Shown: positions 35,925-47,700 of the stretch, piece by piece
Position numbering within the stretch: the stretch's first letter is position 1
Layout: each line of letters opens with the position of its first letter
NCBI GenBank assembly: GCA_965644295.1
Contig: CBFFRP010000416.1
Location: 1 to 64,000, forward strand
DNA: 64,000 nucleotides
Direction: 5' to 3'
Source: Paraphysomonas bandaiensis
Taxonomy: Eukaryota; Protista; Chrysophyceae
Translations under genes and position numbers: made by a program
The notes under the pieces: generated by a model
What the model saw: the letters and a program-made list of their open reading frames with translations, nothing else
Database searches by the model: none
What the model was told of the DNA's origin: nothing

Positions 35925-36110
35925 AATACTCGCTAAGAGAGACTTGTTCACCATTATCCAGGAAGAGCGAACCATCAGCCATGCCCTTCTCATCCAAAGC
36001 TATTAGCAGTGAGAATGGAGTCTCTCGGGCTTCTGTAGTAGTCATGGCTGATCCTTGCATGGGAACTACGGTTCCTCCCCGAACATGAACATTAGTGGCG
36101 GTCAATGGGA
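35925..36110 (-). pseudogene. Isolated C-terminal fragment of a GH31 alpha-glucosidase
   Basis: PLTATNVHVRGGTVVPMQ...TTTEARETPFSLLIALDEKGMADGSLFLDNGE is the typical GH31 C-terminal motif. No catalytic exons nearby. Confidence 0.8.
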
Positions 36111-36459
36111 TGTTTCGGTAATAGAGAATAGTATCAGGTGCATACTATTGCCTCTTTGTGATATCCACCTAAGAATTCAACACTACTTTGATGATGCGTA
36201 CTATGTATAAAGAAAGACGATATGAACCGATGAACTCATATGATATAGTATCTAACCAGTAGTAGTTTCATATTACAAATACAGCCGATCATATGAACCT
36301 ATTCATTATGCAACCTGTGAGCCTCATAATGTCCTGTTATGTCCTGTGGAAGATCTTCGTGTTCATATACATGGTGTGGTTAATGATTAATGATAGATAT
36401 ATAGATATATAAAGCACACTATATATTATATAATTTTACCCTATATCTAATATGTGCGG

Positions 36460-36531
36460 TCCCGATTAGTCCAGTGGTTAGGATATAGCCCTCTCAAGGC
36501 TGAGACCCGGGTTCAATTCCCGGATCGGGAA
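36460..36531 (+). tRNA. tRNA-Glu(CTC)
   Basis: Same body as the TTC copies. Anticodon arm TAGCC-CTCTCAA-GGCTG. Confidence 0.96.
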
Positions 36532-36612
36532 ATCATTTTTTACCTCTCTCATATATTATTGGAAGAAATATATTTATATATGTGAAATAATTACGGGGGT
36601 GGTGATAATTCG

Positions 36613-36684
36613 GGACCTGTGGCCTAATGGATAAGGCATAGCCCTCCGGAGGCTGTGATCCAGGTTCGAGTCCTGGCAGGTTCG
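36613..36684 (+). tRNA. tRNA-Arg(CCG)
   Basis: GGACCTG/CAGGTTC acceptor stem, loop CT-CCG-GA, GGTTCGAGTCC T-arm, T-run terminator. Confidence 0.93.
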
Positions 36685-36737
36685 TTTTTTTGTCAACATT
36701 TATTTTTTTATGTGTCTATATAAACAAAAAAATGGAT

Positions 36738-36809
36738 TTCCCGATCCGGGAATTGAACCCGGGTCTCAGCCTTGAGAGGGCTATATCCTAACCACTGGAC
36801 TAATCGGGA
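36738..36809 (-). tRNA. tRNA-Glu(CTC)
   Basis: Reverse complement of 36460-36531. Confidence 0.96.
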
Positions 36810-37012
36810 TTGAGAACTGATATGATGTAATTTTTTTATATTATATAGAGTAATGAATATATGTATAGATATGTATTACAGGTCTTGTACATAGTACCAT
36901 ATACAGCATACAGGACTTGATATATGCACCTTTATCAATACACCAACACACCCACATTCATCTCATATAAGTCAGTACGCCAATACCCCCCATATATATA
37001 TATATCTACCTC

Positions 37013-37894
37013 ATGAACCCTCCTGCACCTATCCGCATTGGGATCATTGGGTACGGTAGTCTAGGACAGTATTTAACAGACTACATCCAATCAGATGAAG
37101 GCAAGCAGAGGGGTTTGTATCTCTCCTTCATCTATAATCGTACACATACTAAAGTAACGGACTCGCCCAACCCCTCTATCCATAAATATCATCTACAAGA
37201 CCTTAATCAAATCTCATCAACTGATACAGATCTTATAGTTGAGGTTGCTCATCCATCCGTATCGTCTGATATTATCATTCAAGCTCTTAATAGTGTTAGT
37301 TACTTCTGTGGGTCTCCTGCATGTTTATCTGATCAAAAATTAGAATCTGATGTAAGAGAAGCAGTGAAGAGGACCCATCACAGTGTATACATACCTGCAG
37401 GTGCTCTATGGGGCTCATCAGACATTCAGAAGATGTCTTCTAGAGGCGATATAAGAGGCTTAACGATAACAATGAAGAAGAATCCTCATCACTTACGTCT
37501 GAATGGATATCTATTGACCAGACTAGAAGATATTGTGGCTCATGATTTGAGGGGTGACCAAGTGATTTATGAGGGGCCCGTACGACCGCTTTGTGCACTC
37601 GCACCTAACAATGTCAACACAATGGCGTGTGCTGCACTTGCTGCTCCTGATTTGGGATTTGACCGAACGCAATGCCGACTGGTAGCCAACAAAGAACTTA
37701 CGGGACATGTTATATGTGTACAGATAGAAGGTCCCGGGGGGTTTACTATTGACTCTACTCGTTTTAATCCTGCATTTGCCGGAGCAGTTACTGGAAACGC
37801 GACTTATGCGAGCTTCCTTAGCAGCCTTCTTGTTGCAGTAGATAAGTGTCGAGCAGATCGCACAGCAGGTAGAGGTCAGGTTTGCATTGTATAA
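37013..37894 (+). CDS. ASPDH: Aspartate dehydrogenase domain-containing protein
   Basis: IGIIGYGSLG Rossmann motif, DLIVEVAHP, YIPAGALWG, YEGPVRPLCALAPNNVNTMA and GAVTGNATY. Confidence 0.92.
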   Translation: MNPPAPIRIGIIGYGSLGQYLTDYIQSDEGKQRGLYLSFIYNRTHTKVTDSPNPSIHKYHLQDLNQISSTDTDLIVEVAHPSVSSDIIIQALNSVSYFCGSPACLSDQKLESDVREAVKRTHHSVYIPAGALWGSSDIQKMSSRGDIRGLTITMKKNPHHLRLNGYLLTRLEDIVAHDLRGDQVIYEGPVRPLCALAPNNVNTMACAALAAPDLGFDRTQCRLVANKELTGHVICVQIEGPGGFTIDSTRFNPAFAGAVTGNATYASFLSSLLVAVDKCRADRTAGRGQVCIV

Positions 37895-38132
37895 ATTAGT
37901 ACAACTTAAGTGAATTTGTATTTCGTGAATGCGGTGTGGTGTATCTTGTTTGACTAAATTTGTAGAATGTGGTGAAATCGGTTATTCTTTGAATTTCTCG
38001 AGGAACATAATTCAAAATCTCTATTATAACATGATATGTGCACCATTTTGCTAAGCCTGAGAAATATTCTGTTTATTTATTATTATCAGAATTAAGGAAA
38101 AGATAAGCTACGTTTTAAACTAGGTATCTGTC

Positions 38133-38415
38133 ATTTCTCGGGAAACTAATGTGAGCCGCATATATAGTCAGCAGATAATTTTCTGCACACTCATAACCAA
38201 ACACTTTTGTGGTACAAGGGGCACTAATAAGTATCACTTGTGTAAACGTCTTTGAGCTTTGGCGAATATGGGTCCATCTGAAGGGCATCCGGGGAAGTGT
38301 ACTGTAGTCAAGCATCCGCGCTAGTTCACCTTGAGGACTAAGGACAGAGAGCAAAGGTGGTTGCACCTAGGTGCTTTGGTGACGCACAAACGCCTATTGC
38401 ATATAATAAGACATA
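38133..38415 (+). mobile_element. Degenerate, truncated and internally deleted copy of the SINE-like family
   Basis: GGGAAACTAATGTGAGCCGCA...GGTTGCACCTAGGTGC...AACGCCTATTGC...AATAAGAC matches 9952-10461. Confidence 0.85.
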
Positions 38416-38785
38416 TGACATTCACTACTAACTTGTAAGCCCAATTAGCTGAGGGCGATTTATGAAGCGATGGCTTTGTCGTTGTGTGTTCCTGTAGTGT
38501 ATGTCTGTTGTGACTAGGTTGTTCAAAAGTTCCGTGACAGTCCAAGGGCAGCATTCATAGAATTAGTTGAATCTGACGAATATTAACTCAATCATTTGAT
38601 AATACGTGATTTACACCCATATTCTCTGCCTAAGCTAAGATACACGAAAATAATTATCCATTTGATTACCAAGCAAAAAAATCTAAATACTACTTCTACA
38701 GTATATACTGCTTTCATGCTAAAAAAGACTACAAACTCCTCAAATTAAATCACACCTGAAAAAAGTAAGCAAATAGAAATGATTT

Positions 38786-41700
38786 CTACTCCCTCAATGA
38801 TACACCAAAATCAGTGCTGCTAGAATCTACGAGTTGCCTGTCAACACCACGGCAAGCATTAATTCTCCTTGCATTCTCCTCACAATCTACTGACAAAGCT
38901 TTAAGGGCACCCATGGCCGCATTTTTCACGTACACATCATTCTCGTGAATTTTCACGATGTCAACTATCGTCTCACAAACACCTTCACAACCGAACTTTA
39001 TTCTATTGTCCGGGTTTTCGATAGAAAGATTCCATACCGCGCCACAAGACTCTTCAGCTACTCTTTTAAGTCGAAGGTGGAGTCGCATCGCCCGAGCGAC
39101 AATTGCACATGCACCCTCATTCCCGAACCTGTGGCGATACTCAGATCCCTGGGAGCATAAGTTAGCTATACAACTGCAACAGCGATCCACGACGGTCGGC
39201 ATACTCATATGTCGTTGCATTGCCCTAACGACAAGTTCGCATATACCACTAGAACCGAGTGACATACCGTGGTCAGCGGCGAGCACAGCTGCGGAGGCGA
39301 AACATACAGCTTCAATAACTCTGGACTCATGCATATAAGTTCGCAACACGGCACATAACGTGTCTAGTCCCCGAGAAGCGAGCACCGCTTTTGCAATGGC
39401 TTGGACGAAGCACATACTACGCAATGACCAGCATGCAGGCACAATTAAATTTTCATTGTCTTTGTATTTACGCATCAGATCCAATATCGATTCAACCACA
39501 CCACTTGAGTGGAAAGTATTGATGTTCCGCTCAGAAGTGGTGATAGGCTCCAATCCGGAGCGACAAAGATATGCGACGCACCACAAAGATTTCTCATTCA
39601 CTGCGATATCATTTTGGTCACCAACAAGCTCCGATACAAGTTCACAAGCACCAGCCAACCCAAACGCCTCCTGATTAGAGCAACTTCCGTGCACCAGTGA
39701 TGCAATTGTCAACAACGACTCCTCTACGAGATTAAAATCGTCATTCTCTATGGAAAACCCCAGCAGCTTCGTCACAATATTACAGCAGCCACTTGAGCCC
39801 ATCAGTATTTTATTTTCTCCATTTTGGGCCAGAGCACGTACACACGAGCATATGACTGAGTTAACGCCATTCACCCCCATATGCGTCGCGAGCGCCATGA
39901 CAGTTTTGTCACATATCTCCAACTCACCCAGCTTCTTATTGGGTCCCTGGGGGGACATCGCAAGGTGGCTAACGATAGTGCACACCTGCTTCATTATCGA
40001 GGATGACCCAATGTGGGACTGAAAGATTTCAACAAGGACTGTCACGATACCTGCCTGGTCCAAAGCAGAAACATTGTTGCACTCAGTGCCACAATTTGCT
40101 AGACTTGCAATAGCGGCACATGCTACTTCAATCTGTTGAGGGCTGCATATACCGAATTTGAGAGTTTCCACGATGAATGCACAGGCTCCACTCTCTCCTA
40201 ACATAACTTTGTTCGATTGTACATTTGTGGCCAGAGCACGCATCACAGCAAAACCAGCTTCAATAACCGTGTCGAATGTTTGGTGTTTGCGACACGCTCT
40301 GACAACACATTCACAAATACCCACATCGCCTAATCTTGCACGAATAGTAGCATTAGTACATAAAATACGCACCAGTTGGAAGCCGGATAATACTACAGCA
40401 GCATCGGTGGCATGGGCACGAAGAAAATTCGTAATGACCTGGCAAGCAGTCAGTGATCCAAGCTCTGGGATGACCTCTCTGTTCCTACTCAATGCTATGC
40501 ACGTATCACAACACAATGAAACAGTTTCCGCACACAACGAATGTTCCTGAATGGCGAGTATAAGCTGATCGCATATACCGCACTTCTCGAACGTAACTTG
40601 ACACTCTGGGATATTGGATAAAAGAGAGACTACATGACAGGCAGAGTGACAGCAGTCCTTATTCTCCCAAAACCTTTGAAAGAAAGTAGACACTGCAACA
40701 CTAAACGAATGAACGGCATGCTCTTTCAGATGTGACACATCTCCATCAACGACACATGAAATAGCGTCGCAAAGCACCTTCCCAACATGTAGCACAGTGC
40801 AATGCGATCTAATGGCTAAAATCATATCTTCACAGACATTTTTCTCCAGTAACACTTTCCGGTTCTCAGCACAATCATGAGCTAAAGCTAACAGAGCGAT
40901 ACCCACAAGGTGTACCATATCTTCACTCTGAATGTGGGTCTGTAAGATCATTAAAATTCTTTCACATGCTCCAGACTGACGCAATAGTGATTTGGACGGC
41001 GCATCAAATGCCAAAAAATGCACCACACGACATATCTGAGCAGCAACCGTTGGATCACGAACATTCTTCGACAAAATATGGAGTGCCTTTTCGCCCGCGC
41101 CAGCAGTCATTAGTTTGTCACGATTGTATGGACTGTATGCACCCAGTCTTACCAGGCACTTACACACTGCATCTGTGGTCACATCACTCCCTGCGTGAAT
41201 CTGAAGGGCGCGCACAATACAATTGCAAAGCTCTGCATCTTTGTACTCAAACGGCTGGCTGCACTCTCCCGTATCTTCCAAAACACGAACAAGTGCAATG
41301 CAGCACCGGATGACCATTGGCTGCGAAGCCGTATGAGAACATAGCACTTTAGTGATGGCCGCGGGTACGCCACACTCCCTCATTTGGTGTTTCGTAAACT
41401 CGTGGTCACAGAGATTTGCTAACACCGCAACAGCACAACCGCAAATATTTTCGTTTGGCAAAAAGTCGTCAATAACTTTCAAAATTTTCTGATCAATATT
41501 AGCATTTAGAACACTCTCCGCATGGAGTGGTATACCAATAACAATATTCGCAATCGCCATCAATATCGATGGAAGCAGTGCAGAACTTCCAAAATGTATT
41601 TTCAGCACAGTCATAAGAGTTTTGCATACACCGCCTGCTCCAAGAGCAGCACTGATATCAACAGAGTCTACACTCAAGTTCTTTATTGCTTTGCAGCCAT

Positions 41701-44700
41701 ATTCGACAAGGTGGGGGTCTTTTCTGTTAATAACGACAACATTAACCAGTGGCTCACATACTCCTGTTCTATGTAATGCAACAGCCCCTTCAGAAACGAA
41801 TGCAAGGTTTGCAACCGCCCCACATGCATATTGCGCAATCTCCGAGTATTCCTCAAACTGTCGAAGAACTCGAACAATTACATCACAAGCACCACATCGA
41901 ATGAAGCGATGACTGCATGTTTCATTTCCAGCTAAGCAGAATATCGCACGACATGCAGAGTAAACCAGTGGCATATTATTCAGTCTTCGTTCCAAGCACG
42001 ACACGACAATTTCACATGCACCCTCAACCATAAGTTTCTGGATATTTTCTGCATTTTCAGATGAAATTGATTTGCTATGTCGTGCTAACATTGCAATTGC
42101 ATTCAAGGCAGCACCTTCCATTTCAGGACTAGACGACGCTGAGTCACCACCCATTCTCTGTAAGACAGACACAACTATACCACAAGAGTTGTTATCACCG
42201 AACTTTTCTTGGTTCGAAGAATTCCCGGTACACAAGCTTACCATTGCAAGCATGGCCATTTTCGCTAAACTAACATTTCTATGTTCCAGTGATAGTGACA
42301 TGACATTCGAGATTAATTCACATGCCCCACAATCGCCAAATACTGTGGCGCTCCTAGACATTCGCTTTCTGGACAAGAGAAAGATAACACTACAGGCATC
42401 TTCATTGATAACCATATTGCTAATATTAGCTTTAAGCACTGCTGTCAAGTATAAACATTCGTTGTTAAGAGGATCAAGACTATTTCCCTCTTCTTCACAC
42501 GCATACATATCCCGAAGCAAACGTAAGCAAAACATTACCGTCATTGGGCGATTGCAAAATTCATCGATTGACGCAACAACCAACTCTCGCACATCTAAAA
42601 CTCGCAAGGAAGATATGGAACCCTTCTTATGACGTAGTAAACATATCAGCAACTTTGATATTGACATCGATACATCCGGGTTGTGACAATGGAAACGGAA
42701 ACACGCAACAAGGACTTCTAGTGCACCTTCCCGACTAACTTTCTCGGTATTGGACACACTGTCCGTGCAGAGTACACTCAATGCTGATGTTGCTGCAACT
42801 ACAATATCAACATTTTCTTTATAATTTCTTAAAACTTTGACGATAGCATCGCACATGCCAATTTTGCCATACATCTCTTTATTTTCCTGAGAGTCAAAAG
42901 CAATGGCTGATACGGCTTCACACGAATTGATGCATGCCAGTTCACTATCTGCATTTTTCAGCATCACAATCTTAATTAATTCGCAGCCATCACCGCCACC
43001 AAAAAACCTTCGATTAAGAACTGTAATAGCAAGGGCTTTTACTGCAAGAAACAAAGCAGCAGCGACCTCCGAGTGATTCATATGACTTTCTAATGCCCTG
43101 AATATCATCAAACATAACTTCGTCTTCGCACATCGATCTGCGTTTACTGGGCAGTTGAGAGCAAAGCCCGCAACCGCCTCTGATGCTACTGTGACAAATC
43201 CTCTGTCGTCTTCGTACTGCTCAAACGCGATTGCAAGACCTTCGCAAACACCAGAAGCTCCTGCCGCAGACTTGGAGGATTCTGTGTGGATAATGCGAGA
43301 CAAAAGACTACAACAAACTAATATCGCAGCGTAATCATTGATATGCACGCGCAGTCCTGTGACTACCAGGTCGAATACTGATGGATTCCCTAAGCGAATT
43401 CCGTTGGATGATTGCGCAGCAAGAGCTACCATTGCTGTCATGATATGTGTACATATTGCTGCACCTTTCAAATGAGAGCGAAGCGCAGAAACAAGAGCAT
43501 CGCAAACACCTTCACTTCCCAGTTCTATCGAACAGCGCTCACTGTTATCAGCCAATGATGTGACTGCAAGAGAAGCAGCTTGCACGATTGCTCGATCTGA
43601 AGAATGCGCGACTAAAACCCTTGCGAGCAATGCACTCACACCAGTCTCGCATAATATACTAGCCTCTGTGTCTACTTTACCAAGCAGGGCAACTGCAGCG
43701 CACATATGACGCACAGAAGATTGCGACAAGTGTTGCTTCAAAGCCGATGTTGCACATTTACTCATACCACACTGAATTAGCTGAGTAATATTTGAACTTC
43801 TTTTCATTAACACAACCGCTGTTTGACAGGCATATCCACACAACGCGGCATTGCTGTTGTGATGAGAAATAATACCTGTTATCATTTCACAAGCACCATT
43901 TTCACCGAAAGCGTCGGAGTTGACATCATCATTCGTGCTCAAAGCAGTAATAGCACGACAACAATTTTCGGCGATTCCTATGCTATTGCAGTGAGCCTCG
44001 TAGGCACTTATCACATATTTAGCAACATTAGTTTTACTAAATAAAGATTTATTGTCACTAGATTTGTAGGCGATTCTAGACACTGCACCCATTATTCCTT
44101 CAGCGATGTTTTCAGCTTCAAAGTGCTTTTCTAGAGCAATGGATAAGCTTCGGCAAACGTCGTGAACGCCCAAGACTTCACGACTTGATTCGTCCATTGC
44201 AAGTGCGCAGAGTAGACGACAAACTTGTTCAACTACAACAGCTGAATCAACTTGAACAACAAGTGCCTTGACAATTTCACCAGATGCGCCGAGAATCCTG
44301 CTCCTTTCGTGTGTATGGTCCGTAGAGGCATTGTTGAATAGATTAACCAGAGCTCCACAAGCCTCAGCAGTCACTTTCTCCGTGTGGACAAACCGGCGCA
44401 ACATAGACAATACATGCTCAATCGCACCAAGGGAAACGAGTAGAGAACGGTTGTCTATGTTACATGACAAATTTCTTGTGGCTTTGCAGCAACAATGTGC
44501 TACCCGAACGTCGTTACTGAATATGTTTAAAGAATTTACAATAGTTTCGCAAGCTCCACCAGTTCCGAGAATAACGGAAAGAGAATCATCCAACGATAAG
44601 ACTGATATAATCATTCCAAATTTGGCAGCAATATCAGGGTTTTCGGAATACTTCCGTGCAATACCTAAAATTACTTCACAGAGACCAGCATCACGAAACA

Positions 44701-47700
44701 TGTTGATGACAGAAGGAGCTTGCGCTGTAGAATTCAGCATACATGATATAATTGATGTCGCATTCTGCACAATAGACGATATCTTCATGTGTCGGCGTAA
44801 AGAAGACACAAGCATATCTGGCCAGCCACTTTTCACAAACTGAGCCGAAACGGTCGCATCAATCACAAGCGCACTTACTGCACTCGAAATAGCTGAAACG
44901 GTTCGCTCATTTGATTCGAACCTCTTAAAAAGGTTTAACAGGACTATGGCAATATTGCTCTGCCCTAACCTGGCAATGGTTGTACGTAAAACAGCTACCC
45001 GCGAGATTACAGCACTCCCAGATACAACGACGTCAACTGGTAGATCTTCATGATCTTGAAGTGTATTAACAACAAGCTCACATATACCACCTTTGACAAA
45101 CACATCCACCAATTCTTCGTCATGTATAATCAACAATTTGATGAGAGTGCAACAGCGTGCCACCGATTTATAATCCGACTTTGTAACTTTGAAAAGCTCG
45201 ATCAATGCAGGCACGGTGCCGTTATCCACAAGCACCATAACATTGCGACCTGAAATAGCGAGTCTCTCCATCGCACCGACGATACTTACTGCCACATCTG
45301 ACTCCATTGTGGCGTAACTCTCCAACAGTGACGGCAGCAATTGACAGGCTCCGAGCTCCGTCAAACGCAATCCCGATTCCGCATCTCCAGCAATTTTATC
45401 AAGAGCAATGCATGCTGCCTTTGTAACTCTTGGGTCCTTTTTCATAATCGATAAAGCCTTCATTAAAAACTTGTCTGTTTTAAGATTATAAAAAGCGTTT
45501 AAGTTATAAGAGTTCGGCTCTGACTCGCCATCCTGCCGACATAAAAAAGCCAGCGCTAGTAGCAGATACTCAAGAGTAGAACTACCCTTGAACATTCCGT
45601 TGAGTGCACTCGACACATGAACGCAGACGCCAGCCACACCAAACGCTTCCGCATTAGAAGCAGTACTCCTACACAGCATAAATATAGCCCGCGCACACGA
45701 CATTGCAGTCTTTTCGTCATCATCATTGATAGCTGTGGACAATACTGCAGAAACAATCTCACAGCATCCCGCTAAACCAAAGGCAACGCAATTTTCACTG
45801 TCCACGGCAAGAGTATCTATCACCCGCAAGGAACAATGCACTACAGTAGATCCGTTCACCGAGTTGGAATGCCTTCGAAACACACTTGCGACCGCAGTAC
45901 ATACTCCCGCGTCTCCCATCAGAGGAATGGTCTTTTCGTCTTCGCATATCGTCTCTATAGCACTTAGAATTTGAACTATCGCGGCTTCAGCACCAATGTG
46001 CTTACGAAGAAGCGTCGCACACAGCTCGCAAACCCCAAGATCAATCAGTATTCGAGTATTCTCTCTATTTTTAACTAATAGTTTTACAACAGCCACACAA
46101 TTTTGCTCAGTTGCACTTGGATTGTCCATACCACGTCTCAAGGCCTTCACCACTGCTTCAGAGGCAGAGCGAAGCCCAATATCAGCACGGGTTGCTTTAT
46201 CTGTAATTATAACTTGCAATGCTTTTGATATGTCCTGTGCCGCCTCTGCATCGTTTTCAAAATGCTGTAAGGCGTCAACAAGTAGATCTTGCATTCCCAA
46301 GGACGAAAATATTTCAATGCTGTCGTCACAATTCAGCGCAAGTAGTCGAACGACAGCACATGCTTGAGATACAATCGCAGCATGACAGGGAAATAATTTT
46401 ATCACGGCAGTCATACTCTCACATGCATTAGCACGATATACTCGAAAACAGTTTTCAGAGGAGTGGTCAGACAATTGTCTAACAACTTCACACACAAGCT
46501 GTGTCATATCAGCATCACACTGCTCCATCCACATAGGCAAAATTGCTTCTAACATTGTTACGTCAATACCACTTTCTTCCAATACTGCAGAGCAGCTGTC
46601 TGTGCATTGAGTCAACGCTTTCACAGCTTCCAATATGCTTCGTAGCACGCGCTTTTCAGAACACGCATATATTTTCAATGATGATGCTACAAAATCACAT
46701 ATTCCTAGTTGACACATGAGAGTTCTGAAGGAATCGTCATTGGCTATGTTTTTAATAGCGCAACAAACACTCGCGACAGCAGTGGGACAATCAGCATATA
46801 AAGACGTGGCTTTACCTATAAAACTTACAATTTGCAGTTCTCTCAGTAATTCAAGGTTAGACTCAGCAATGCATAGGTTAGCAACTACATTAGAAGCCGC
46901 TTCGATAATGTCTTGGTCGTTTATGTGATTCTCAAACACAGACACCACAGTCTCACATGCCCCAACTGCACCCAGATGGGAAACATGTTCCGTATTACTA
47001 TCGCATGAGATACCATACATTGCATGTATTCCAGCCCGAGCAGAGTCCACACAAGAAGAGCAATTTCGAAGAGTTGAAGTGACAGCGGCATAAGCTCCAG
47101 CCAAACGCATCTGTTCCACATTCTCAAAACATACTGTCTCATAATCTCTGGAATGTTTACACAAAAGACTGATAACCCATAGGGCAGCTTCTTCAGTCGA
47201 TTCTGACATCCGGGCCCAGCCGGAGAGAATCGAGACGACCAATTCGCATGTCGCACCGTTTCGACCAAAAGCAATTTGGTTCCCAGAATTTGAACGTATT
47301 AAGCTAGCAATAGCATACGCAACCGTCTCCGTTGCATCAATATCCAATGCACTAGATGCAACCCGCAAAACATTGACAACCAAATCACACACACCTAGCT
47401 TTCCAAGAACTTCGGAAGTAGACTGTAGACCGACCATGACAACTATTAAACTACAAGCGGACTTCGAAACATCCAAATTGGATTCATCATCACTATATCT
47501 CTCCAACACCATATATATGTGTTCTTGTCCCTCACACTCAGAGAAAAAAGACATGTTACTCGTATTCCCAACACATAAACTAATTAGTGCTCTCAATATC
47601 TCACAAACTACGAATGCTTTAGACAAATGCACTCGAATCGCACCAACGAGCGCCCGGCATACACCTTCTCGACCAAGAGTATCTTGGTATTGAGAACGCT

